Of a stretch of 64,000 nt of DNA, positions 43,479-52,805 are shown in pieces. Below the pieces are notes generated by a model. That model saw only the letters and a list, made by a program, of their open reading frames with translations. It ran no database searches and was not told the origin of the DNA. Made by a program: the position numbers and the translations under genes. The stretch lies in the sequence record NC_061447.1; one strand, written 5' to 3'. Within the stretch, counting starts at the first letter, position 1, and each line of letters begins with the position of its first letter.

Positions 43479-45482
43479 TTACAGGCAGCGGAGGCGGGCG
43501 AGTTTATCTGCGAAAGAGCCAGTGGAAGCTGAACTCTGGGATTCGACTTTCTCGTCACCCTGAGCCAGAAGTTCAACAGCAGACGCCGGGGCTTTAGCCT
43601 GGGCAACTACAGGTTGTTGCTGAACAACAGGCGCACGTTCTGCGGTAACAGTACCAGCAGCCGCGTCGATGGACTCAGAGATTTCATTCTGTGCGACTTC
43701 GGACTTATTCATCAGGTCCAGCGCTTTTGACAGCGATACCTTCAGGAAGTCTTTGCCGTGAGCGATGAATGCACGTTCAATCAGAGCGCGAGGCTCTTTG
43801 ATACCAGCAGCCGACAGAGAGTTGACCAGGCTATCAACGATTGGGTTGCGCACATCACCCCAGAAGTTTTTGGTGATACCCAGCTGAGATGCAGACAGAG
43901 CAGCAACGAGGCGGTCGCCGTAGGCGGTAGTCGCGTCTTCGATGGTGCTCGTAACGTTCGCACTAGCTTCGCTAATACGTGCGTCAGATTCTGCGGCCAG
44001 CAGTTTATCAACCGGCATTTCGATCTGATACGGCATAAAGCCGAATGCTTCACAAGTGCCGGTCACGCCAGTCTGATTCAGAGAGTGTGATACTGCACGG
44101 ATGAAATTATCAGATGCGAAAGATTTCACTGCATTTTCTTCGCCGACTGCATTAGATACAGAAGCGAGAGTTGCGCGAGCAATCGGCTGGCCGTCATAGT
44201 ACATGTGTACCGTGTCGAGCTTGCCAGTAGCGCGGCTCAGGCTGACCAGCTGAGGGTCGAGCGTACCGTGCTGTGCTTGCACAGTGGACAGGCTGTTGAA
44301 GACGCGGCTGACGGTCTTGCTTTCAGAATCAAATTCATCTTCCTCGTCATCGAGGTCGAGATCATCTTCATCCAGGTCGTCTTCGTCAAGGTCATCTTCC
44401 TCTTCATCTTCGTCGAGGTCGAGATCATCTTCGTCGTCTTCTTCGAGGTCGTCTGAACTGGATTCAGAGTCGATATCCTCTTCTTCGAGGTCTTCGTCAT
44501 CTTCCAGATCTTCCTCGTCTTCGTCGTCCAGATCATCTTCATCCAGATCTTCGTCGTCGAGGTCGTCCTCGTCGTCGATATCGTCTTCATCATCGTTAGA
44601 TGATTCAGAGTCGAAGTCTTCGTCCTCGTCATCAGACGAATCATCTTCGTCCTCGAGGTCTTCTTCTTCGATGATATCAATGTCGCTGTCATCGCCTTCG
44701 TCGCCAGACTGAGATTCAATCGGCTCGTCAACCAGCGCGGCAGAGCAGTGAGCGCAGAACACAGGTTCTTCGTCAGAGCTTACAGTGAACGGCTGTTCGC
44801 ATTTAGCGGAGCAGCTATACATATGAGCTTCGACTTCGCCGTTATCAGCAGCGCCAGACAGAGCAGTGATAGCCTCAGGAGATTCCTGTGGTTCACAGCT
44901 AGTGACGGCCTGACCGGTATACGGGTCAAAGTTCGCGGTAGTAGCAGCGTTAAAGCTACCAGTACCAGACAGCGCGGTAAACGCGTGTGCGTTGCTCAGT
45001 GCCAGAGCGAAGTTGCGTTGTGCAGCTTCGGCTGTCTCGCCAGTAGCAACCAGACCAGCGTGTTCGATTTGTTCGTCGGCGGAAGCGGATTCCGCCAGGA
45101 ACTGCGTAACACGTTCGTCAGTGATTTCGGACAGGTCAGCAGAGCACGATGGGCAGCAGCCCTGAACCAGTGCGGCAGAGTCAGAGATAACGTGGCTACC
45201 ACAACCATCCAGACAGATAGTGTAATGCGCCTTAACGTCACCAGCAGAGGACTGCGACTGGACTTCGGCTTTCTCAACCAAATCAGGGTGCTCCACCAGC
45301 AGTTCTTCACCGCCAGTTGGATTGTAGAGGTCTGCGCCACTTTGCGAAGCAAAGCCTACACCAGCAGCAGAACCATAAATCATCAGGTTCTGACCGGTTG
45401 CAGTAAGGCGAAAGTTCTCTACTGCCTGATTATGGTTTTTACCGACACACAGGATACCCGCGAGTTGGGTAATCTTTGGCAT
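43479..45482 (-). CDS. Putative prohead scaffold/core protein with two Zn-ribbon-like units and a very acidic tract
   Basis: Upstream of MCP. CLDGC...CCPSC and CSAKC...CAHC units. Roughly 120-residue D/E/L tract at about 44325-44705. ATG 45482 with GAGGG RBS. Confidence 0.65.
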   Translation of the reverse strand: MPKITQLAGILCVGKNHNQAVENFRLTATGQNLMIYGSAAGVGFASQSGADLYNPTGGEELLVEHPDLVEKAEVQSQSSAGDVKAHYTICLDGCGSHVISDSAALVQGCCPSCSADLSEITDERVTQFLAESASADEQIEHAGLVATGETAEAAQRNFALALSNAHAFTALSGTGSFNAATTANFDPYTGQAVTSCEPQESPEAITALSGAADNGEVEAHMYSCSAKCEQPFTVSSDEEPVFCAHCSAALVDEPIESQSGDEGDDSDIDIIEEEDLEDEDDSSDDEDEDFDSESSNDDEDDIDDEDDLDDEDLDEDDLDDEDEEDLEDDEDLEEEDIDSESSSDDLEEDDEDDLDLDEDEEEDDLDEDDLDEDDLDLDDEEDEFDSESKTVSRVFNSLSTVQAQHGTLDPQLVSLSRATGKLDTVHMYYDGQPIARATLASVSNAVGEENAVKSFASDNFIRAVSHSLNQTGVTGTCEAFGFMPYQIEMPVDKLLAAESDARISEASANVTSTIEDATTAYGDRLVAALSASQLGITKNFWGDVRNPIVDSLVNSLSAAGIKEPRALIERAFIAHGKDFLKVSLSKALDLMNKSEVAQNEISESIDAAAGTVTAERAPVVQQQPVVAQAKAPASAVELLAQGDEKVESQSSASTGSFADKLARLRCL

Positions 45483-45558
45483 GGTTAAAACCCTCATAGA
45501 ATTTAGTCGTTGAATCGACAGGTTGAAATTAAAATGTGCAGAAAAAATTCAGGTATTT

Positions 45559-46689
45559 TTAAATTTTTCTGCTATCAATGTCAGTCTGAGGAATATATCT
45601 GTTTTCGAAGTATTTCGAGACAATTTCTACCCCATTTAAGGTGTATACGTTGCGCAGACTATATCCCCAAACCATTAGCTCCGCAAGCGTTGCGAAGTGC
45701 TCGGCGGGTACCGAACTGATTGCCCTTGGGGAGAGCGAATCTGGGTGGATTTTCTTACCACGGATGGCCTGATCGAACTTCATACGGTCAACGTTACGTA
45801 TCATCGTATGGTCTACAAAGTGGGCCAATTCGTGCGTAATAACGTGGGCCATGGACAGGCTATTATAGCCACCAAGCAATTGCACCAACTGCTGAGGATG
45901 GATAGAGATAGCACCATACATAAAGCCATGCACGACATACGTTGAAATGTGACTTCCGCCACTATCCGAGTTAGCTTTTAACAGGCCAACATACAGACGT
46001 TTGAACGGCAGCGGCAAGTTAAGACCTATACCAGGCATAACGTTTTCCTGAATGTCTTTAAGCACATAATCAGGAGGGCTAATACCGTTCTTTTCGAGAG
46101 TCACGCCAGGCACACGTAAATCATCCATACCCATTACTTCAAGATGCACTTTGCCGCACTTCTTAACAGGCTTGATGGAGTAGTTATTAGGTGTACCGCC
46201 AGGATAGATTGCAGACGCGTACTTCAATGGTTTGAAATTACCAAAATCAGGCATATCCATAAGACGACGCTGTGCTGCCTTCATCGAATCTGGAGTATCT
46301 TCGCCTGGTCGGTCATCATTACCTTTGAATATAGGCGGTGCAGGTTCAGTCTCTGCTTTCTTGACTGATACTGGTTTTGGCTCAGGTTCTGCTGGTGGCG
46401 CTGGCTTCTTATTCTTCTCCTCATATGGAGTGAAGTCGAAGTCAGGCTTAAAGAGAGCGTCAGGCTTTGCAGTGAATGGGCGACTATTCTCAATGAGTTT
46501 GTCACCGTCGTCTCCACTGATAGCGTAAGCCTGATCGTATTTAGGATGGGCTATGTAGTACAGGTCGCTACTAACCTTTAACAGGCCAATGACCTCGCGA
46601 GTCTCCATATGGACACCGTTTGAGATCATGGCCGCAGGACCGAGATAGCGATAGTACGAATAGTCTGTGATGGACAGACTTCCGAGCAT
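45559..46689 (-). CDS. Putative zinc metallopeptidase (HExxH) with the repeated N-terminal domain
   Basis: ITHELAHFVDH at 45820-45834 and downstream EHFATLAE. ATG 46689 overlaps the upstream TGA (TGATG), preferred over the track start. Confidence 0.7.
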   Translation of the reverse strand: MLGSLSITDYSYYRYLGPAAMISNGVHMETREVIGLLKVSSDLYYIAHPKYDQAYAISGDDGDKLIENSRPFTAKPDALFKPDFDFTPYEEKNKKPAPPAEPEPKPVSVKKAETEPAPPIFKGNDDRPGEDTPDSMKAAQRRLMDMPDFGNFKPLKYASAIYPGGTPNNYSIKPVKKCGKVHLEVMGMDDLRVPGVTLEKNGISPPDYVLKDIQENVMPGIGLNLPLPFKRLYVGLLKANSDSGGSHISTYVVHGFMYGAISIHPQQLVQLLGGYNSLSMAHVITHELAHFVDHTMIRNVDRMKFDQAIRGKKIHPDSLSPRAISSVPAEHFATLAELMVWGYSLRNVYTLNGVEIVSKYFENRYIPQTDIDSRKI

Positions 46690-47471
46690 CAGGCCATCCT
46701 TAACAAATGTTCTTTGTACGTTGCAGCACAAGCGAATGCTGGATCGTCCACGCTACTGCACTCGAAGCCAGTCAGCATCTTACAGTCACGATAGACCAGA
46801 CGGCCAGAACGCGCATCAAGATACGTTGGCTTGTTGAACGCCGTGTGTGAACAGAAGTTGCGGTGCTTAGGAGTAACAAGCTGTCCACAGATACTGCACT
46901 TATACGCACGATAGGTTGTGCCTTTACTGTATGTGTTCAGGTCACCACTAAGAATGCGGTCGCAGCGTTCAGGACAGCGTGTACGGTCGAACGCCAGCAG
47001 CAGAGTCAGACGCGCATGATCACCACGGAAGTTTTTGAGCTTAGACAGGTTACTGTCGAAGATCATGCCCATGGCTTGGCGGTAGTCTTTGTTGTTGTTG
47101 TGTTCGATGAACGTAGGCTTACCAATGAACGTCTGATATGCAAGGCGTCCTTGGTCAGGGTTGAACGTCAACCATTCTTGAAGTGAGAACGCATCACCAT
47201 TCGTGTTTGGCAGTTCAGTGATGTTCACAGGCACAGGCACGATGATGTAGTCGCGGATGTTGCGTGACGTGTTATACATCTCAGCAGCTTTAGGCAGCCA
47301 CACGTTCACGTCAAGATTAAAAGAGCCTGTCTCGATACCGAAACGCGACGCATCCACACGGATAGACTTAGCTGTACGGCTAACATCTTCCTTGTGCATA
47401 TCAATCGCGTTCAGTCCGACGAGGCCCATGTCCGAAGTATCAAACGACTCGGAACGAATGGACTGGTCCAT
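46689..47471 (-). CDS. Putative prohead maturation protease
   Basis: FIGKPTFIEHN...GMIFDS, TYSKG...CSICG...CSH, GFECSSVDDPAF match the herpes/HK97-type prohead protease-like family with a Zn insert. GGGAG RBS before ATG 47471. Confidence 0.75.
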   Translation of the reverse strand: MDQSIRSESFDTSDMGLVGLNAIDMHKEDVSRTAKSIRVDASRFGIETGSFNLDVNVWLPKAAEMYNTSRNIRDYIIVPVPVNITELPNTNGDAFSLQEWLTFNPDQGRLAYQTFIGKPTFIEHNNNKDYRQAMGMIFDSNLSKLKNFRGDHARLTLLLAFDRTRCPERCDRILSGDLNTYSKGTTYRAYKCSICGQLVTPKHRNFCSHTAFNKPTYLDARSGRLVYRDCKMLTGFECSSVDDPAFACAATYKEHLLRMA

Positions 47472-47481
47472 CGTGTTCTCC

Positions 47482-47892
47482 CTATTGGAATTTGTCGATA
47501 TTGCTCGGTGTATTGGCCAGACGCACTTGGCCTTCGTCAGCTTGGAAGCCGTCGAGACCATTCATACTACTCAGCCAATAACGTAAGCGGCCATTAGAAA
47601 TTACTGCACTTTCAACAAATGCGGGAATTTCGAAGCCCTCTTTTGTTTTCACGAATACTTCGACGCCAGGGTAAAACACATCGAATGACTTCGTACTGAA
47701 TATCGGTTTAACGATAGCAGATTCACAAACAGGGTGCTGTGCGTAGCGGCTGCTTATCATATAAATCGCCTCTTCCTTACCGATAAGGATAGAGTTGATA
47801 GTGCCGCGAAGAATACACGGTGAGCAATGCTCCGAAGGAATCTCAAACGAAACAATGTCACCGATGTTGTGTGCAAACGAGAACTGTGGCAT
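47482..47892 (-). CDS. Hypothetical protein with two SH3-like halves
   Basis: GAGGT RBS before ATG 47892. Halves begin FAHNIGDIVSF and FYPGVEVFV. Confidence 0.7.
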   Translation of the reverse strand: MPQFSFAHNIGDIVSFEIPSEHCSPCILRGTINSILIGKEEAIYMISSRYAQHPVCESAIVKPIFSTKSFDVFYPGVEVFVKTKEGFEIPAFVESAVISNGRLRYWLSSMNGLDGFQADEGQVRLANTPSNIDKFQ

Positions 47893-47893
47893 G

Positions 47894-48775
47894 TTAACCT
47901 CGCAGTGCTCCACGCGCCCACGACTTAGCGAGTGCCAGAGTCATACGCGTAGGGTTATGCAGCTTGACTTCACCTTTATGGACAGCGGTAAAAGGCTCAT
48001 GTGGATTAGAACCACGACCAGAGCGATATGCTGCTTCGTTGAATCCATCAAACAGCGTTACCACCCAACCAGTCGATTTATCAGAGCATTCACCGCAGGC
48101 TTTATCCCACGCAATCTTACCGCACACACGGCCACCAGCAGTAACAGCGTAGCTAACCTGCTCAGTGCCTTTGTAGATATCAGGCGACTTGAGTGTTTTG
48201 AAGGTGACACGCGACGCAGACTCAGAGCGCGGCATCATCTTCTCTTTCAGTGCTTCTACGTCGAGTGAACCCCAGAAGGATTCAAACAGCGCAGCGAACT
48301 TCTGTTCGATAGGAAGTTCGAGGGCATTGATTTGTGCGATAGTGCTGGAGCTATCTTCCAGCACACGATTCAGGAAGTACCCGCCGATAATCACAGGCAT
48401 TTGTGTACCCTGCGAGCCAGTAGTCAAGCCAGCTTTCTTGCAGTAGATTTCAGACAGGCCGATAGCCAGACGCGCAAGAGTCATGAACGTCTGCTTCTCG
48501 GTCGAGTTAGCAATCTCTGTGTAGATACGTGCAGCGATAGCAGGGACGACGGTGCGTTTAGCCACGCTCAGGATATCTTCTGGCTTGATTGGTTGGCCGA
48601 GCTTCTTACGCGCAGCCAGTTCGAATGCGTTAATCAGGCTGGCTTTGTTCGCCGTCGTCAGCGACTCGCCTAACTTCGTAGTTGTCGTTTCCGCACTGCT
48701 CACTATTCCCTGTTGCGGCGTTTTCTCCAGTCGGCGTACTCCCGACGTCGATCTCACCAATCGCTTCACTGTCAT
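47894..48775 (-). CDS. Hypothetical protein (about 293 aa)
   Basis: AGGA RBS before ATG 48775 (MTVKRLVRSTSG). The longer track start lies deeper inside the GT gene. Confidence 0.75.
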   Translation of the reverse strand: MTVKRLVRSTSGVRRLEKTPQQGIVSSAETTTTKLGESLTTANKASLINAFELAARKKLGQPIKPEDILSVAKRTVVPAIAARIYTEIANSTEKQTFMTLARLAIGLSEIYCKKAGLTTGSQGTQMPVIIGGYFLNRVLEDSSSTIAQINALELPIEQKFAALFESFWGSLDVEALKEKMMPRSESASRVTFKTLKSPDIYKGTEQVSYAVTAGGRVCGKIAWDKACGECSDKSTGWVVTLFDGFNEAAYRSGRGSNPHEPFTAVHKGEVKLHNPTRMTLALAKSWARGALRG

Positions 48776-49883
48776 TTGTTTGTTCCTGAGTAGCAGGCTG
48801 CTGCAAATAGGCAAGCAGACCAGAGTTCTGAATTGCCTCTTCCAGATTCTCACCACGATGAATGGTAAGCTGGGCGAGGTAGTTGAGAGCAGGTTCAACC
48901 ATACCGAGATTACGACAGCCCCAATAAGCTGTTTCGTAACATAGGTCTAAATTAATAGCGGTCTGGTCAAACAAGAAACTTTTTGGATTCTGCTTAGTGA
49001 CTTCAATGCCCTGAATAGCCATGCCAGTAGCGTTCATCATATCGTTGTGACGATAGAAGATATCCGCCAGCATTGCATAGCACTCAATGCGATCAGGGCG
49101 GGATGCGATAGCTCGGTAACATGCAGCAATCGCTTCCTGTGTGAATCCCTGTTTGAATACCGCTTTCGCCAGTTCGATGTTAGCGATAGAAACATAGTCA
49201 GCCCATCGCGCAATACCAGCCAGGCGATCTACTTCACGTCGCGCATCATCCAGCAAATCAGGACGTTCGTGATAGCTCACTGCGTAGCACAGCTCACGCG
49301 CATAGTAGAAGCTGCAACGATCATCATGAGGATAATCACCAACATCCCGTCCAAGCTCCAGCAGATAACCGCGAGGCTTCGAGTGGTCAGGATAGTGGTC
49401 AGTTGCGAAGGTCGCTTCGACGGTACGCAGGTTCTGGCCAGGCTTACGAGAAGACAGGACTTCATGCGCACGATACTTCCAGAAGTAAGAGCGACGACGA
49501 TACGCTTTCATCTGCTGGTAGTGACTATCACCGTTGCGCATCAGAATCCAAACTGCTTCGGCATGTTTAATGTGCTTCGTGTTGCGTAGCGTTTCAACCC
49601 AATTAGGGTCATCGAAACGTTCATCAATATCAAGCCACACAACGAGATCATCTTCGGAGAATGGCGTAGCGGCCAGTTCACGACTCGCGCCCAGATTACG
49701 TTCTTCTGACACGTCGAACATATGGTACAGGTTAGGGTGCGTGAACGCAGAGATGATGTTTGTGGTTTGGTCTTCGCTGCCCGTGTCTACGATACTGATT
49801 GCATCAGCACCAGCTACGTGCTCCAACCACTCACGCATATTCTTTTCTTCATTGCGACAGATAGCCGCTACGCAAATTCTCAT
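48630..49883 (-). CDS. Glycosyltransferase family 2 with TPR-like C-terminal region
   Basis: ICRNEEKN...IVDTGSEDQT and WLDIDE (DxD) motifs, HEVL, then helical TPR-like repeats (FYYAREL, AIAACYRAI...YAMLADIFY). GAGG RBS. Confidence 0.88.
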   Translation of the reverse strand: MRICVAAICRNEEKNMREWLEHVAGADAISIVDTGSEDQTTNIISAFTHPNLYHMFDVSEERNLGASRELAATPFSEDDLVVWLDIDERFDDPNWVETLRNTKHIKHAEAVWILMRNGDSHYQQMKAYRRRSYFWKYRAHEVLSSRKPGQNLRTVEATFATDHYPDHSKPRGYLLELGRDVGDYPHDDRCSFYYARELCYAVSYHERPDLLDDARREVDRLAGIARWADYVSIANIELAKAVFKQGFTQEAIAACYRAIASRPDRIECYAMLADIFYRHNDMMNATGMAIQGIEVTKQNPKSFLFDQTAINLDLCYETAYWGCRNLGMVEPALNYLAQLTIHRGENLEEAIQNSGLLAYLQQPATQEQTNDSEAIGEIDVGSTPTGENAATGNSEQCGNDNYEVRRVADDGEQSQPD

Positions 49884-49899
49884 ACATGCCTCATTTGGG

Positions 49900-50817
49900 T
49901 TATACTAAAATGTTACCACTATCCCACCACTGCTTGCCATAGATATCCGACAGGCGATAGTCAAGGATAAGTGGTTGGTCAAGGTCGACTTGCGTTATGT
50001 TACGCCCTAAAGCAGGACTCCAAACTGTTTTCTCCTCAGTGTAGAGTCTTATCTCAAGTTCAATGTCGCCTTGCGAGTTCTTCGGCACAAACGGATGCGA
50101 GTAGTCACCATCAAAGCCTGCACCGAGCGAGTCGTCAAAGTAAGTGTACGCACGGATTTCTTCCGCACTGTTAATGATTGTAGGCGCGTACACCTGACGG
50201 TTGTAATAGGAAGTGTAGTCAGCAACGGTTGATTGCACGACAACACGGCGCTTGTAGATTCGCGTTACACCTTTGCTGTCAGTCTCTGCGCGATACTGGT
50301 TGTAGTACCAGCTTATCTGCGCAAACTTAACAGGCTTCAATGTAGGCTGACCTGTGGCGTACTTCATGAACGGCTTCGCAGTGAAACGATGGTACGTCTT
50401 CTGCGTGTTCAATCGGTACAACAGAACCTGATACGTGTACCACTGATAAACATCAAGGGTAATCGTACCGCTATCAGACTGCTGTGTGCCGTTAGTCAGG
50501 ATGTAAGCGAAACAGTCTGCACCAACGTAACCGCTTCGAGGACTGTAGATAAAGGCTTCGTTCAGATTGTTCAGTCGCACCGTGCCGACCAGTGGGTCAT
50601 TGACCTTGATCGCAGAAAGGCGCCAACCCCTTTGAGCTGGCACCTTATCCAATACACCCTCAGTTGGGCTATGCAACGTCACTTCGTCACGAGCGCCTTG
50701 TAAGATCTTTTCGAGCGTTATCTCAGTGTCACCTGAGTTACGCACTCGCACAGTCAGGTTCGGAGCCAATGGCTTATAGTTACGCCAGTAGTCGAACGTA
50801 CAAGGCAAAGAGAGCAT
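49900..50817 (-). CDS. Virion protein with a cadherin/Big_9-type Ig-like domain
   Basis: GTVRL...FIYSPRSGYVGADCFAYILTNG...SDSGTITLDV is the typical tandem-95/Big_9 pattern. GGAG RBS. Confidence 0.7.
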   Translation of the reverse strand: MLSLPCTFDYWRNYKPLAPNLTVRVRNSGDTEITLEKILQGARDEVTLHSPTEGVLDKVPAQRGWRLSAIKVNDPLVGTVRLNNLNEAFIYSPRSGYVGADCFAYILTNGTQQSDSGTITLDVYQWYTYQVLLYRLNTQKTYHRFTAKPFMKYATGQPTLKPVKFAQISWYYNQYRAETDSKGVTRIYKRRVVVQSTVADYTSYYNRQVYAPTIINSAEEIRAYTYFDDSLGAGFDGDYSHPFVPKNSQGDIELEIRLYTEEKTVWSPALGRNITQVDLDQPLILDYRLSDIYGKQWWDSGNILV

Positions 50818-50819
50818 AA

Positions 50820-52766
50820 TCACTCCAGTTTGTATTTGCTCTTGAACTCCGCGATACTCATAACAGGAATGCCTTTGTCTATGGCCTTCTGGAGTTTCGC
50901 AGAACCAGAGCCAGGGTCTTTAGCAATCAGGATCGTCGTGTCGGACTTCATGCTGTCTGACGCTGTACCACCAAGCTCGACAATGCGTTGCATCAGGTCG
51001 CGGTCACGTACACCAGTGAATGCTACGTTAATGCCTTTCAGTTTGGCATTAACCACCTTCACTTTCTTCGGTGCAACGAGAGTCACATCCATCTCGACAG
51101 CCATCAGATAAGACTTAACGGCCGCGTCTGCAATTTGTGGTGCGAGTTTATCGACGCCGTGCATACTGCTAATCTTTGTCGTCAGGTCAGCAGTCTTGCC
51201 TTTCTTGAGATACTGCTCAAGGTTAGGTACGGCATCAACAACTTTGTCGAACGTAGTGTTAGCACCACGCATGAAGAATGAAGCAGTAGCTTTCAGCCAC
51301 GTATTCATCGGCACGCCAGCTTTCAGCACCTTCAGGTCTTTCGCCAGTTGACGACCGCGTGAATCACCAACGATCTCACGCAGAGAAGCCATAGGCGTCA
51401 TGAACAATTGCTGAGGTGTTTTGATACCAGACTCAACAAGCAGCTTACAGGTACTTGGTCCTGTGTTCGCTACGTCCAGACCCTTCAGGAACGAACCTAA
51501 CATACGAGCATCAGCAGCACTGGTCTTCGTCTTAGCAATGAACTCAACGCCATTGATTTTGTACGGCACATCAGGCAGCTTAGGCTTCTTAGCAGGCTTG
51601 AGAATCTCCATGATGTATGGGATTACCTTACCGCTTCGAATCAACTTAACCTTAGCGCCCGGGCCGATAGGTTTCTTCGTACCCAGCACAGCACCTTTCT
51701 TCTTCGGCTTGAGATAGCCGTGCTCAACGTAAAAGCCGTTGTGCGCAGAAGCACGTTCAACAGTCACACCGCCAGGCATAACAGTAGGCGGGAAGATTGC
51801 AACAGGAGCCAGCACACCGTACTTGGTCTCCTGATAGATTACGTCTTTGACAGTCACGATAACCGTATCGGACTCAACGTTCATCTTGAACTTGAAGGCG
51901 TGTTTAGGGTTACTGGCAGTCGCCTTAGGAGTAGGAACATCGCGGGTCATTACGATCCCATCGAGTTCATACTTCGCTTTAGCAATACGCTTGTCCAGCC
52001 AAGGAATGAGTTCTTCCTCAGAGTCGAAACGCATAGGACCAAAGTGGCGTACTACCTCGAATCCCCATTTCTCCAGCAGCTTGAACTGAGAAGACTGCTT
52101 GAGCGTAGCACCCTTACCACCGATGATACCGAAGCACACCATGTGGACGTACTTGAACTCTTTCGCAGTCTCAAAGTTACGCACCAGACCAGACGCTGCG
52201 TTACGTGCGGCTTTGAAGCGACCACCAGCAGATTCATGCAGCTTGGCCATGAATGTCTTATATGGAATCAGCGCTTCACAGCGCAAGACCACTTGGCCTT
52301 TCTCAGAGATTTTCTGAGGGATGCGCATTGCAGGCAGATGCTGCGACACGTCTTTACCATGAGTTGCATCGCCACGAGTAAGCGCACGAACAGGTACGCC
52401 TTTCTCATAGACAATTTCAATACTCAGGCCGTCGAGCTTATCAGTGAGAACCCAATCAACGTCTTCGGCCAGAGCCTTAGATAATTGTTTCCCACCGAGC
52501 ACGTACTGGTCGAGACTCGCCATCGGCACAGGCAGCTTAACATCCGAATCATCACGCGCACCGACTTTACGCGCCAGCTTAGACTTAGGCCAGCGCTTGT
52601 CGATGTAATTGCGAATATGATCGTACACTGCATCAGATATCAGACCTTCCGAATCAGTGTGGAACGCATCATCCAGATGCGCCACAAGTTTCGTTGCCTG
52701 CGTCAAATTGAGCGTGTCCAGAACCTTATCAGGATTCTTTTCGAGCCGCTTCAAAGAGATTTGCAT
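50820..52766 (-). CDS. ligA: NAD-dependent DNA ligase
   Basis: ISDAVYD, KLDGLS (motif I), TRGDATHGKDVS, RNAASG, LDGIV, AFKFK, C-terminal BRCT (FTG.RD...GG...SGSAKLQKA). ATG 52766 with GGAGA RBS. Confidence 0.95.
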   Translation of the reverse strand: MQISLKRLEKNPDKVLDTLNLTQATKLVAHLDDAFHTDSEGLISDAVYDHIRNYIDKRWPKSKLARKVGARDDSDVKLPVPMASLDQYVLGGKQLSKALAEDVDWVLTDKLDGLSIEIVYEKGVPVRALTRGDATHGKDVSQHLPAMRIPQKISEKGQVVLRCEALIPYKTFMAKLHESAGGRFKAARNAASGLVRNFETAKEFKYVHMVCFGIIGGKGATLKQSSQFKLLEKWGFEVVRHFGPMRFDSEEELIPWLDKRIAKAKYELDGIVMTRDVPTPKATASNPKHAFKFKMNVESDTVIVTVKDVIYQETKYGVLAPVAIFPPTVMPGGVTVERASAHNGFYVEHGYLKPKKKGAVLGTKKPIGPGAKVKLIRSGKVIPYIMEILKPAKKPKLPDVPYKINGVEFIAKTKTSAADARMLGSFLKGLDVANTGPSTCKLLVESGIKTPQQLFMTPMASLREIVGDSRGRQLAKDLKVLKAGVPMNTWLKATASFFMRGANTTFDKVVDAVPNLEQYLKKGKTADLTTKISSMHGVDKLAPQIADAAVKSYLMAVEMDVTLVAPKKVKVVNAKLKGINVAFTGVRDRDLMQRIVELGGTASDSMKSDTTILIAKDPGSGSAKLQKAIDKGIPVMSIAEFKSKYKLE

Positions 52767-52805
52767 GTTATTCTCCAATCGTCAGTAACACTGGTATTTA
52801 CAGCC

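Noticed and set aside
44284-44712. Ser-rich plus-strand ORFs (also 41109..41417, 53122..53793)
   Set aside because: Reverse complement of Asp/Glu codons in acidic tracts reads as Ser repeats, so these are artefacts.
45510-45560. AT-rich imperfect inverted repeat before the scaffold operon
   Set aside because: Low-complexity A/T pairing only. Apart from the TTTAATTT variant, it cannot be assigned as a terminator or operator.
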